Of a stretch of DNA of 64,000 nucleotides, positions 16,884 through 26,349 are shown piece after piece. The stretch is from Candidatus Velthaea sp. (GTDB taxonomy: Bacteria; Vulcanimicrobiota; Vulcanimicrobiia; Vulcanimicrobiales; Vulcanimicrobiaceae). Under the pieces are notes generated by a model. That model saw only the letters and a list, made by a program, of their open reading frames with translations, was not told where the DNA came from and ran no database searches. Within the stretch, counting starts at the first letter, position 1; each line of letters opens with the position of its first letter. The position numbers and the translations under genes are program-made. Location: positions 18,193 to 82,192 of the forward strand of contig JBEKHC010000011.1 in assembly GCA_050012475.1 (NCBI GenBank). Reading direction: 5' to 3'.

Positions 16884-18826
16884 GATCCGTTCTCCAAAAG
16901 ATAACGCGTGACGGTTTGGACGAAATCGCCCACCTCTGCAGTCAGCGCGACGACGTCGGGCGGAAAGCCGCAGGCATCGGCGCTGGTCGATGAAGCGCCG
17001 CCCATCGCCGCGACGAGCGGGCGGCGGCCGGTCGCGCGCAGACCGGCGAGATACTCGGTAATCGCGCCGACCGAACCCGAGGACGGAAACAAGATCGCCG
17101 TCGGCAGCCGATCCCCCAATGCCGCCTGGGCGGCCTGGGAGTCGGCGGCTTCGATCACTTCGGCGCCGGCGTCGCGCAGGGCCGGCGCGATGCGGCTGGG
17201 GCGATCCTGCGTGCGCGGCAGCAGCAGCAGCCGTCCGGCCAGCGGCGTCGCGGCGGCGTCGCCGGCCAGAATCACCGCTCCGCCGGCGGCCAGCAGTTCG
17301 TTGCCCAGGGCCGCCCCCAGCGCCTCGGCCGCCGCCACGCTCGCGCCCCCGGGGTCCGCGAGTTCGAGAAACCGGGCGGCTCGCACGATCCGCGATCCGT
17401 CCAGCGCCGCGATCACGGCGGTCAGGCTGAGCACACCGCCCGCGTAGGTCGCGTGCGCGCCGACCGGGGCCTGACAGCCGCCGCGCAAGGTGCGCAGGTA
17501 CGCGCGTTCGGCGCGGACGCACAGGTTCGTGGCCGGATCGTTGAGGGCGGCGCCGATGCGCGCGGTAAGGGGGTCGTCCAGGCGCGTTTCGATCGCCAAG
17601 GCGCCTTGGCCGACGGCCGGCGTCAGCTGCGCCGGATCGAAGGGCACCGTGTGTGTCGCCGCAACGCCCAGCCGCCGCATCCCGGCGCTGGCCAAAATGA
17701 TCGCGGCATAGTCGCCCTCGCGCAGTTTGCGCAGCCGCGTATCGACGTTGCCCCGAATGTCCTCGTAGACCAGATCCGGGCGCAGTGCCTGCAGCTGTGC
17801 ACGGCGCCGCGGGCTCGAGGTCCCGATCCGCGCGCCGGGCGGCACGGCTTCCAGGTTGGGATAGCGTTCGCTGCAGAAGGCGTCGCGCGGATCTTCGCGC
17901 GGCGTGATCGCCGCGATCGTCAGGTCCGCGGGCAAAACGCTGGGGAGATCCTTGCACGAATGCACGGCGTAGTCGGCGCGCCGGTCGCGCAGCGCATTCT
18001 CGAGTTCTTTGACGAACAAGCTGTCGCCGCCGATGGCGGCCAGTGCGCGGTCCTGGACGGCATCTCCGCGGGTCGTGATGTTCAGAACGGTCGAAGCGAT
18101 GCCGGCAGCCGCGAGCTGTGCCATCATCATGCGGGTTTGAACCATCGCCAAGGCGCTGGCGCGCGACGCGCAGACCAGCGTGTGCGGTTCGGCGGGGACG
18201 ACGTTTGCGACCGTGTCGGCGGCGCGTTCCACTTCGTGCTCCATTTCGCTCGCCGGCATGCCCGCGAGATCGTCGATATCCCGTTCGCTAAAATGCTTCA
18301 TCACTGCTGCCCGGCCGGGAAGCGGGACGACCGCTTGAACTCGCTCGCGCAGCCGGCCCAGCGTCGCGGCGGCGCGGGCGTAGCGGGTATCGAAGACCAC
18401 GGCCAGCTCATCGCGGATGCGCTTGGTGAAACCCGGCGCGAGTCCGGCCGAGTCGACGCTGACCGTCAGCGCGCCCGAGCGGTGAATGGCCGGCGTGGTG
18501 AAGTCGCCGTTGGCCGCGTCGGCGGCATCGTTCACCAGCGCCCCCGCAGCGCGGGCCGCGGCGACGACCGCGGCGTTCACCCGCGGATCGCCGGTGGCCG
18601 CGATCGCGATGAAGACCCGGTCGGCGTCGCCGGCCGCGAAGGGCCGCGCGATCCAGTGCAGGCTGCCGGCCTGCGCCAGGCGGCCGATCTCGGCGGTCAC
18701 CGCCGGGCTGACCAGCGTCACCTTCGCGCCTGCGTCGAGCAGGCCGCGCAGTTTGCGTTCGGCGACTTTCCCGCCGCCGACGACGAGCGCCGGGCGGTCG
18801 CGCACGCAAAGAATGATCGGGTACAC
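16880..18826 (-). CDS. hemC: Fusion of precorrin-2 dehydrogenase (SirC/CysG-N), hydroxymethylbilane synthase and a C-terminal HemD-like half domain
   Basis: N-terminal VVGGGKVAERK, ATGD, LVNDA; central SRASALAMVQ, VHSCKDLP, GTSSPRR, IRGNVDTRL, GGCQAP; C-terminal LLLPR...FPSSGSV...AAMGG. Confidence 0.9.
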   Translation of the reverse strand: MYPIILCVRDRPALVVGGGKVAERKLRGLLDAGAKVTLVSPAVTAEIGRLAQAGSLHWIARPFAAGDADRVFIAIAATGDPRVNAAVVAAARAAGALVNDAADAANGDFTTPAIHRSGALTVSVDSAGLAPGFTKRIRDELAVVFDTRYARAAATLGRLRERVQAVVPLPGRAAVMKHFSERDIDDLAGMPASEMEHEVERAADTVANVVPAEPHTLVCASRASALAMVQTRMMMAQLAAAGIASTVLNITTRGDAVQDRALAAIGGDSLFVKELENALRDRRADYAVHSCKDLPSVLPADLTIAAITPREDPRDAFCSERYPNLEAVPPGARIGTSSPRRRAQLQALRPDLVYEDIRGNVDTRLRKLREGDYAAIILASAGMRRLGVAATHTVPFDPAQLTPAVGQGALAIETRLDDPLTARIGAALNDPATNLCVRAERAYLRTLRGGCQAPVGAHATYAGGVLSLTAVIAALDGSRIVRAARFLELADPGGASVAAAEALGAALGNELLAAGGAVILAGDAAATPLAGRLLLLPRTQDRPSRIAPALRDAGAEVIEAADSQAAQAALGDRLPTAILFPSSGSVGAITEYLAGLRATGRRPLVAAMGGASSTSADACGFPPDVVALTAEVGDFVQTVTRYLLENGS

Positions 18827-18891
18827 GCGTCACTCGATTAGATGGCCGTTCCCGGGACTCCGTGCGCGCGGTGACTAAACGGGAATATTCG

Positions 18892-20586
18892 ATGCGACTC
18901 GCCGACGTTGCGGCCCGGGTCCCCAGGCGCGCGGCGTTTCTGGGCGCGCTCTTCGCCGCGCTCGTGACGCTGCCCGGGCTCGGGCTGGGAACGCTGTGGG
19001 ACAACAGCGAGACCGCCTACGGCGAAGTCGCGCGCGAGATTCTCGTGTATCACGATTGGCTCGTGATGCACCTCAACGGCGAACCGTGGTTCGTGCAGCC
19101 GCCGCTGTATTTCTGGATCGCCGCGTTGTTCGCCAAGGTGTTCGGCGTCGGCGCGTTCGCGATGCGCCTGCCGTCGGCCCTGGCGACGGTCGCGATGGGC
19201 GGGGCCGTCGGCTACGCGGCAGCGCGGATCGCCGGCGGTCGCGCCGGGGCGTATGCGGCGATCATTTTGTCGACGAGTCTCATGCAGGCGATCGTCGGTC
19301 GCCTGGCGATCATGGACGCGCTGCTCGACTTGGCGGTCACCGCGGCAATCCTGTGGTGGTTTCGCGCCTTCGAGCCGAACCGCTCGCCCGATGCGCTCGA
19401 TGCCCGCAAGCGCGCAGCCGCCTTCGTCTGCGGGGCCGCCGCCTTGGCGCTGGGGACGCTCGCCAAGGGACCGGTCGCGCCGGTCATCGTGGTGTTGGTG
19501 GTGGCGGCCTGGTTGGCATGGGAGCGGCTTGCCCGCAGCCCGGTCGTCGCGCCCCGGCCCGCGATCGTCGTGGTGGCCGGCTTGGCTTTCGCGGCGGTGG
19601 CGCTGCCCTGGTTCGTGCTGCTGGCAGTCCACGTGGGTCCCGGCGCGACCGGCGAATTGATCGGCCACTACACCGTCGGGCGCTACACCGGCGTGATCGA
19701 GAACCAGCGCGGCCCGTGGTTCTACTATCTTCCCGTGCTGGTTTTGGGGTTTTTCCCCTGGATCGCGTTCGTTCCGATGGGGATCGTCCGCGCGATTCAG
19801 GTGGCCCGAACGCCCGGCGGCAGCTTTGCCCGTCTCGCGCTGGTCTGGACGGTTTTACCCCTGCTGTTCTTCAGTTTTGCTCAAACCAAGCTGCCGAACT
19901 ACATCGCTCTGCTCTTCCCGGCGCTGGCGATCGTGGTCGGGATGTGGTTCGCGCAGGTGAGCCGGGGGGCCGACCGCCGTCCGGCGCTGATCTCCGCGGC
20001 CACCGTCCCGCTGACCGTCGGCTGCATCGCGTTTGCCATCGTGATGTTCGGACGCAGCAATCAGCTGGCCATCAGCGCCGTCGGTCCGCAGCTGGTCGTT
20101 CTGGCGGCTGGGATGCTGGTCGGCTCGCTGCTGGTCGTGGTCAGCCTCGCCCGCTCGCCGCTGCGCGCGGCGGCGCCGTACATCTTGGCGCTCACCAGCC
20201 TGGTGCTCGTCTATTTCATCGTGTTCGTCGGCGAGCCGGTTGCCGAAGGTCTCAAACCGATCGGGCCCATGGCGGCGATCATCAACGCCCAGCGCGGGCC
20301 GGGCGATATCGTCGCGATCCGCGGCGTCTCGGGCGGAAACGGGCTGGTGTTCTATACCGCCCCGGGCGTTCGGAGCATCGATCCGGACGACGACGGCAGT
20401 TTTCTGCGGACGGTGTGCGCTGCGGGGGCCGCGTTCGTCGTCACCCGGCGAACCGACGTCCCCGCGCTCGAAGCGCTGGCCCAGCGAGCGAACCGCACGA
20501 TGACGACGCTCGACACGAACGGCCGCACGGTCCTGATCCGGGTCGACGGCGGACCGTGTCCGGCCGTCGATCCGAGGCCGCAGTAG
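18892..20586 (+). CDS. ArnT/PMT family (GT83-like) membrane glycosyltransferase
   Basis: DNSETAYGEVAREI, QPPLYFW, RLPSA, LAKGP, PWFYY, TKLPNY. Confidence 0.88.
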   Translation: MRLADVAARVPRRAAFLGALFAALVTLPGLGLGTLWDNSETAYGEVAREILVYHDWLVMHLNGEPWFVQPPLYFWIAALFAKVFGVGAFAMRLPSALATVAMGGAVGYAAARIAGGRAGAYAAIILSTSLMQAIVGRLAIMDALLDLAVTAAILWWFRAFEPNRSPDALDARKRAAAFVCGAAALALGTLAKGPVAPVIVVLVVAAWLAWERLARSPVVAPRPAIVVVAGLAFAAVALPWFVLLAVHVGPGATGELIGHYTVGRYTGVIENQRGPWFYYLPVLVLGFFPWIAFVPMGIVRAIQVARTPGGSFARLALVWTVLPLLFFSFAQTKLPNYIALLFPALAIVVGMWFAQVSRGADRRPALISAATVPLTVGCIAFAIVMFGRSNQLAISAVGPQLVVLAAGMLVGSLLVVVSLARSPLRAAAPYILALTSLVLVYFIVFVGEPVAEGLKPIGPMAAIINAQRGPGDIVAIRGVSGGNGLVFYTAPGVRSIDPDDDGSFLRTVCAAGAAFVVTRRTDVPALEALAQRANRTMTTLDTNGRTVLIRVDGGPCPAVDPRPQ

Positions 20587-20590
20587 GGCC

Positions 20591-22069
20591 CTATTTGGCG
20601 ACGGCCGCTACGTCCGCGGCGGTGACCGGTCCGGCTTTGTTGCCCCAGCTGGTGCGAATGTAGCTGATGACGTCGGCAATCTGCTGCGGGGTCAGGTTGC
20701 CCTTCCAGGCCGGCATCATGCCGCTGTAGGAAGCGCTGCCGACCTTGATCGCGCCGTTGAGCCCGTAGTTGAGGGTGTGGATGACCGCCTTGGGATCGCC
20801 GGTCACGTACGGGTTATCGGCCAGCGGCGGAAAGACGCCGGGCTGTCCGGCGCCCGCTGCACCGTGGCAGCCGGCGCAATTGGAGGCATAGACCGGGGCG
20901 CCGGCCGCTCCGGCGGGAGCGCCGCCCGGTGCGGGCTGGGTCCCGGCACCGCCGGTCGCGGCTTGGGCCACGCTGCCGCCGGCTACGCCGTGGAGCACTT
21001 GCTGCGTCTGAACGTTGACTTGACCGACGACGCTCAGGAGGACCGCGCCGAGCATGGTGAGTGCGGTCAGCCCCAGCACCCACGGGCGGCGTGTCAGGCG
21101 CCGGGACGGGTTGCGGTCGATGAACGGCAGCAGGATCAGCACCAGCACCAGGATGCCGGGGAAGATAATCGTCGCGACGAGATCGAGAATCTCGAGCAGT
21201 TGCGGATTTTGAATGCCGCCGACGATGTTGAGCAGCGCGAAGAGCGCCATGAAATACCATGCCGGATACGGCACGAATGCGGTGTTGTTCGGATCGGCCT
21301 TGTCATCCAGCGGTGCCGGCGAGAGAAACGAGAGCGCCACGATCACCGCGAACATACCGAACGAAACCACGGTGTCCATGTACATTTGGTCCGGCCAGAA
21401 ACGCCCGGGTTTGAGTTTGGGCGCTTCGTCGATCGGCGGACCCGCCGGACCGTTCCAGCGGAAAATCATGAGATGCAGCGCAACGAGCACGGTGAGGATC
21501 GCGGGCGTCAGCCACACGTGAATGCCGAAGAAGCGATTGATCGTCAGGGTGCCGATGCTCGCGCCGTCTTGCAGAAACGACAAGATCGCACCGCCGAGCA
21601 GGGGCGCCGAACCGGCAATGGAGATTGCGACTTTCGAAGCCAGCAGCGCATTGAGATCCCACGGCAGCAGATAGCCGGTAAGACCGAGCACGAGCGTGAG
21701 GATGAACAGCACGACGCCGATGACCCATTGCAATTCGCGCGGCTTCTTGTACGCGCCCCAGAGCAGCGCTTGCAGCAAATGCATCGCCATGAACGCGATC
21801 ATCGCCGACGCGCCCCAATAGTGCAGCGACAGAACGAAATGTCCGGCCGGCACTTTGTCCATGATGTACTTCGTCGATTCCCACGCCGTCGACGCCGACG
21901 GTGAGTAGTAGAATGTCAAGAAGATCCCGGTGACGATCTGCAGGATCATCGCGAACACCGTCGCGGAACCGAAGGCGTACCAATAACTAGCGCCGCCCGG
22001 AACGTCTTCGGTGAGGAAATCCTTCGTGAACGTTACGAGGCCGGTGCGTTGGTCGAGCCAGGTGAGCAT
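20591..22069 (-). CDS. qcrB: Cytochrome b of a Rieske/cyt b complex (b6-like plus subunit IV-like) fused to a C-terminal cytochrome c
   Basis: Four heme b His (LHYWGAS...MH; IHVW...LH), GAYKKPRELQW, TGYLLPWD, PAWYF; C-terminal CAGCH and distal MPAW. Confidence 0.9.
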   Translation of the reverse strand: MLTWLDQRTGLVTFTKDFLTEDVPGGASYWYAFGSATVFAMILQIVTGIFLTFYYSPSASTAWESTKYIMDKVPAGHFVLSLHYWGASAMIAFMAMHLLQALLWGAYKKPRELQWVIGVVLFILTLVLGLTGYLLPWDLNALLASKVAISIAGSAPLLGGAILSFLQDGASIGTLTINRFFGIHVWLTPAILTVLVALHLMIFRWNGPAGPPIDEAPKLKPGRFWPDQMYMDTVVSFGMFAVIVALSFLSPAPLDDKADPNNTAFVPYPAWYFMALFALLNIVGGIQNPQLLEILDLVATIIFPGILVLVLILLPFIDRNPSRRLTRRPWVLGLTALTMLGAVLLSVVGQVNVQTQQVLHGVAGGSVAQAATGGAGTQPAPGGAPAGAAGAPVYASNCAGCHGAAGAGQPGVFPPLADNPYVTGDPKAVIHTLNYGLNGAIKVGSASYSGMMPAWKGNLTPQQIADVISYIRTSWGNKAGPVTAADVAAVAK

Positions 22070-22081
22070 CGAATACTGCCT

Positions 22082-22714
22082 TTAGGTGGAGTACGAGAGA
22101 ACGATATGATCCGACACGTTTTGCACGTATTGAATCCAAGTGATCTGAGCCGTCCCCGACTGATCGCGTAAGGGAAGCGGATCGAGTCCGCGCTGCGCCG
22201 GTCCGGCGGTGTGCGCGCCGTAGTCGGTGAACTGCGATCCGTGGCACGGGCAGGCGAACTTCTTGAGCTCGTCGCTGTACGCATACCGGCAGCCGAGGTG
22301 CGGACAAATCGGGCTGAACACCACGAAGCCCATGCTGACCACCGGATACGGCAGCTTGGCGATGCCCTCGAAGAGTTCGGGCCGCTTCGCTTTCATCGTT
22401 GCTTCGTCGGTCTTGATCGCCCAAACGAATTCGTCGGTCGACGCTTCGGGCAAATAGCCGTCTTTGGTCTTCACCGAGAAGCTGACTTTTATCGGCTTCT
22501 CCGTGGCCTTTTTCAGTTGCGCGAGTTCATCGGGAGTGAGCGGCGACCAGTTCGATCCCAGCGCATCGCTCGAGGGAATCAGCGACGCCACCACGGGAAT
22601 CGCAATTCCCAAACCAATGACGCCCCCGAGCGCAAGCGTTGCGTTGACCATGAAGGTGCGGCGCGACTGCTCGGCGGGAGTGCCCTCATCTTTGTACGCC
22701 TCAGCGTGACCCAT
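22082..22714 (-). CDS. qcrA: Rieske iron-sulfur subunit
   Basis: Tat-like SRRTFM plus TM; CPHLGC and CPCHGS boxes; SD GAGGA. Confidence 0.92.
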   Translation of the reverse strand: MGHAEAYKDEGTPAEQSRRTFMVNATLALGGVIGLGIAIPVVASLIPSSDALGSNWSPLTPDELAQLKKATEKPIKVSFSVKTKDGYLPEASTDEFVWAIKTDEATMKAKRPELFEGIAKLPYPVVSMGFVVFSPICPHLGCRYAYSDELKKFACPCHGSQFTDYGAHTAGPAQRGLDPLPLRDQSGTAQITWIQYVQNVSDHIVLSYST

Positions 22715-22877
22715 TATTTCCTCATCCAAAGTCCATGGCGGCAGCAATATCCAAGCTGCTTGCTAAGAGTGCGTCTCGCTATGTGCACGGGCGCGTCCGG
22801 ATTCGAACGGCGCGTTGCGGCGCAAAACGTATTTACCTTAGTTTCACAGACCTCACGTTTCCTACTGCAGCGTGCAG

Positions 22878-22886
22878 TGTTAGACT
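22878..22886 (+). promoter_or_regulatory. Putative extended -10 element of a leaderless transcript
   Basis: TGtTAGACT, ending 6 nt before ATG 22893. Confidence 0.5.
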
Positions 22887-22892
22887 GATTTG

Positions 22893-24059
22893 ATGGTCTA
22901 CGCGGTTCTCGTTGCGAGTGCATTCCTGATCGAAGTCGCAATGAATGTACCGCTGGGATCGCTGCCGCTCGCCCTGGTCCGCATGCACGTGCCGGCGGGC
23001 GAGATCGCGCTGGTCCTGGGCGCCGGGCCCATCGCGGCGCTCCTGGTGAGCGTGCCCATCGGCGGACTCGCCGATCGGTTCGGACGGCTGCCGACGATCC
23101 GAATTGCCGCATGTTTGTGCGTTCTTTCGGTCGGAATGCTCGCGTTCGTTCACGATCCGCTCCTCATCGGGCTCATCATGGCAATTCGCGGCGTCGCAAT
23201 CACCGCATATGTTACCGCCGAGTTTGCCTACGCCAGCGCGGTCGTTGCGCCCGAGCGTGCGGTTTCGGCGACCGCCACCTTGGGCATGGTCGGCAACCTC
23301 AGTTTCGCCACGGCTCCGGCGGCCGGATTTTGGCTCTGGCAGCATGGGATCGAGGGCGAGCAGTTCGTGTGGTCGGCTGGCGTGGCGCTGGCCGGCGCGT
23401 TGATTTTGAGCGGCTTGCCGGCCGAAACGATGCGCGCCGTGCGCCGCTCGCGCAAGATCTTCATGCGCTCGGTGTGGCTTCCGGCGATCACCTTTCTGGT
23501 GGCCTGCAGCCTGGCCGGCGGCGTCAACGGCGCGCTCGCGATCGTCACCTTTCACCAGCGCGGCATTGCGAACGGCGCGCTCCTGTTCACCGCGCTGGCA
23601 TCGACGACGTTCGCGTTGCGGTTTTTCGCCGGGCGGCTCGTCGACCGCTTCGGTCCGCGGCAGATGGCGATTCCGACCGCCGTCGCGCAATGCACCGGCG
23701 CGCTGCTTGCGGCGCACGCTCACACGCCGCTGGCGGTCGTCGTGGCGGGGCTCTGCATGGGGATCGCTTGGTCGGCGGTGGTCCCGGTCGGGATCGGGCT
23801 GCTCTTCGAGCGGAGTTCGCCGGGCACGCGCGGCGCTGCGATGGGCTCGTACAATTTGGCCTTCAGCATCGGCATGACGGCCGGCTCGATCGTCGCCGCC
23901 GCGGCAGCGGCCTTCGGCGCAGGCTACACGCTCGCGATGTCACTCTGCGCGGCGGCCTCACTGATCGCGTTGCCGTGGCTCTTCTTGGCCGGACCGGCTC
24001 GTCCGCCGCGCAGCCTTCGCCCCCTGCTCCTTCTGTCGCACGGAAGCGTTCGCGGGTAA
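22893..24059 (+). CDS. MFS transporter
   Basis: GGLADRFGR and GRLVDRFGPR motif-A repeats; about 12 TM. Confidence 0.88.
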   Translation: MVYAVLVASAFLIEVAMNVPLGSLPLALVRMHVPAGEIALVLGAGPIAALLVSVPIGGLADRFGRLPTIRIAACLCVLSVGMLAFVHDPLLIGLIMAIRGVAITAYVTAEFAYASAVVAPERAVSATATLGMVGNLSFATAPAAGFWLWQHGIEGEQFVWSAGVALAGALILSGLPAETMRAVRRSRKIFMRSVWLPAITFLVACSLAGGVNGALAIVTFHQRGIANGALLFTALASTTFALRFFAGRLVDRFGPRQMAIPTAVAQCTGALLAAHAHTPLAVVVAGLCMGIAWSAVVPVGIGLLFERSSPGTRGAAMGSYNLAFSIGMTAGSIVAAAAAAFGAGYTLAMSLCAAASLIALPWLFLAGPARPPRSLRPLLLLSHGSVRG

Positions 24060-24076
24060 GCGGGTAAACGGGGTGA

Positions 24077-24313
24077 GTGAACGATCAGCAACTTCAGCAA
24101 CACATCGAAACCCTGGTGGCCGAGGAACATGCCCTGCTCGACAAGGGCCCGGCCCGCAGCGCGGACGACCATCGCCGGCTCGCCGAAGTGAACGTGCAGC
24201 TCGACCGCTTGTGGGATCTGCTGCGGCAGCGCCGGGCGCGCGAGGAATTCGGTCAGGATCCCGACCGGACCGCAGAACGTCCGGCCGAGGTCGTCGAGCG
24301 CTACGTGCAGTAG
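24077..24313 (+). CDS. DUF2630 family protein
   Basis: LVAEEH, LDRLWDLLRQRRA and RPAEVVERYVQ resemble the family as I recall it. Confidence 0.8.
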   Translation: MNDQQLQQHIETLVAEEHALLDKGPARSADDHRRLAEVNVQLDRLWDLLRQRRAREEFGQDPDRTAERPAEVVERYVQ

Positions 24314-24335
24314 CGACCCGGTCCCCGGCGGCCGG

Positions 24336-24728
24336 TTAGCTCGCGCGGCGAACGTCGAGGCGGGCGCGAATGCAGCAGCCGTCGTCCATGCGGCACTTGA
24401 TCTCCATCCTTTCAGCCAGCCGCGAGACGATGGCCAGGCCGCGCCCGGACTCGCTGAGCAAGCCGTCCAAGGCCGGCACCGACCGCGGGATAAACCCCTT
24501 GCCGGAATCTTGCACGGCGATGGTCACGCCGCGTTCGTCGAACTCCGCCTGCACGTGCGTACGGCCGGGCGCATAGCGCACCGCGTTGCTGATGAGTTCG
24601 CCCAAGACGATTTCAGCGGCCATCGCATCGACATCGGTGCCATACCGGGAGCGAACGTGCCGCGCGAAATCATGACGCGTTGCCCGTGCGGCTCGCTCAT
24701 CGTGCGTATCGAATGACCACTTGACCAT
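24336..24728 (-). CDS. HATPase_c anti-sigma-factor-like ATP-binding protein
   Basis: ELISNAVRY (N box), VQDSGKG (G1), ESGRGL (G2). Confidence 0.82.
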   Translation of the reverse strand: MVKWSFDTHDERAARATRHDFARHVRSRYGTDVDAMAAEIVLGELISNAVRYAPGRTHVQAEFDERGVTIAVQDSGKGFIPRSVPALDGLLSESGRGLAIVSRLAERMEIKCRMDDGCCIRARLDVRRAS

Positions 24729-24734
24729 GCAGCC

Positions 24735-24740
24735 GTTATA
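24735..24740 (-). promoter_or_regulatory. Putative -10 element of a leaderless transcript
   Basis: TATAAC exactly 6 nt upstream of ATG 24728. Confidence 0.5.
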
Positions 24741-24796
24741 CCGAGTTTGCGCCACGGTCAATCGAATGACGCGCCGCCCGGAGTCAGCCGGATCGA

Positions 24797-26284
24797 TTAC
24801 GACGAGCAGCTGACCGAGATATCGCGCGCCCATTCGGGCGGAGCTGCGGCGTACGATTCGTTTTCCGGCTGCTCGTCGAACGGCCGCCGCAGCACGTCGT
24901 GCAGCCGTGCGATCTCGCTGAAGTCGCCGTCCTGCGCACGCTCGATTGCGACCTGCGCGAGGTGGTTGCGCAGGACGTATTTCGGATTTACGGCCTGCTT
25001 GTGGCTGCGGCGTGCCGCCGGCGTCGTGCTTTCGGCGGCCAATCGCGCGCGATAGCGCGCTTGCCAACCGTACCAGCCGTCGCGTTCGCTGAACATCTCG
25101 GCGGCCCGGTCATCGGCGGCCGTGCTTTCGATATCGAGCGCGCAGAGCGCGCGAAAGAACTGCGTGTAGTCGGCGCGCGCGCCGCTCAAGAGTTCGAGCA
25201 GATCGACTACCAGGGAAACGTCGCCGGCTGCTGCGCTCAGCAAACCGAGTTTCGCGCGCATCCGCTCGACGTACGCGTCACGGTAGATCCCGGCATAGCT
25301 CGCTAACAGCGCATCGCGCTCGTCCGCGGCGACGAGCGACGCCAGCGCGTGCGCGAGTGCGCGGCAATTCCATAAGCCGATCGTCGGTTGGGCGTCGAAC
25401 GCGTAGCGGCCGCCCGCATCGGAATGATTGCAGATGAATCCGGGTTCGTACGCGTCGAGAAAGCCGAACGGTCCGTAATCGAGCGTCAATCCGATGATCG
25501 AAAAATTGTCGGTGTTCATCACGCCGTGGGCAAAGCCGACGGCTTGCCACGCGGCCATCAAACGCGCCGTGCGCGCGACGACGTCGGCCAAAAAATGCGC
25601 GTAGCGATCGCTGCCGTTTCCGGCATCCGGGAAGAACCGGTCGATGACGTAATCGGCCAGCAGCTTCACGTGCTCGGTCTGGCCGCGCGACGCAAAGAGC
25701 TCGAACGATCCGAAACGCACGAACGTCGGCGCCATCCGCACCAGCACGGCGGCGGTTTCGATCGTCTCGCGGTACACCGGATCGGCGCCGCCGGTCATCG
25801 CCAGCGCGCGGGTGGTCGGAATGCCCAGCGCATGGATCGCCTCGCTGCACAGATACTCGCGAATCGTCGAGCGCAGCACGGCCCGTCCGTCGGCAAAACG
25901 CGAGAAGGCGGTGAGTCCGCTGCCCTTGAGCTGCAGTTCCCATGCTTCGCCGGCGGCGTTGACGACTTCCCCGAGCAGGATTGCCCGGCCGTCGCCGAGT
26001 TGCGGAACGAACGTTCCGAATTGATGGCCCGCGTAGATCGCGGCCAGCGGCTCCATCCCCGCGCCCAGCGCGTTACCGCTGGCGAGCGCGACGAACTCCG
26101 GGCGCCGGCTTTCTTCCGGCCCCAGATCGATCAACGCTGCCGCGTCCGCGCTGAACGCGATCGAGTGCGGATGCGTAAGCCCGGTTGGCTGCCGCCGTTC
26201 GTAGAACGCCTGCGGCAAGCGCGCGAAGCTGTTGTCGAAGCGCAGTTCGTCGAGCGTCCGATGCCGATGGGCGAGCGTCTCCAT
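24797..26284 (-). CDS. selO: Protein adenylyltransferase SelO/YdiU
   Basis: YAGHQFG, QLGDGRA, QLKGSG, DGRAVLRSTIREYL, HGVMNTDN, DYGP; C-terminal SCSS. Confidence 0.95.
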   Translation of the reverse strand: METLAHRHRTLDELRFDNSFARLPQAFYERRQPTGLTHPHSIAFSADAAALIDLGPEESRRPEFVALASGNALGAGMEPLAAIYAGHQFGTFVPQLGDGRAILLGEVVNAAGEAWELQLKGSGLTAFSRFADGRAVLRSTIREYLCSEAIHALGIPTTRALAMTGGADPVYRETIETAAVLVRMAPTFVRFGSFELFASRGQTEHVKLLADYVIDRFFPDAGNGSDRYAHFLADVVARTARLMAAWQAVGFAHGVMNTDNFSIIGLTLDYGPFGFLDAYEPGFICNHSDAGGRYAFDAQPTIGLWNCRALAHALASLVAADERDALLASYAGIYRDAYVERMRAKLGLLSAAAGDVSLVVDLLELLSGARADYTQFFRALCALDIESTAADDRAAEMFSERDGWYGWQARYRARLAAESTTPAARRSHKQAVNPKYVLRNHLAQVAIERAQDGDFSEIARLHDVLRRPFDEQPENESYAAAPPEWARDISVSCSS

Positions 26285-26349
26285 GAGCCGTGAGACCGCC
26301 GCCGGTTCGCCGCCGTTGCGATTCAACACCGAATGGACTCCAACTCCAG

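Noticed and set aside
15894..17957. 687-aa extended HemB
   Set aside because: The extension is an off-frame overlap with hemC; HemB starts at 16883.
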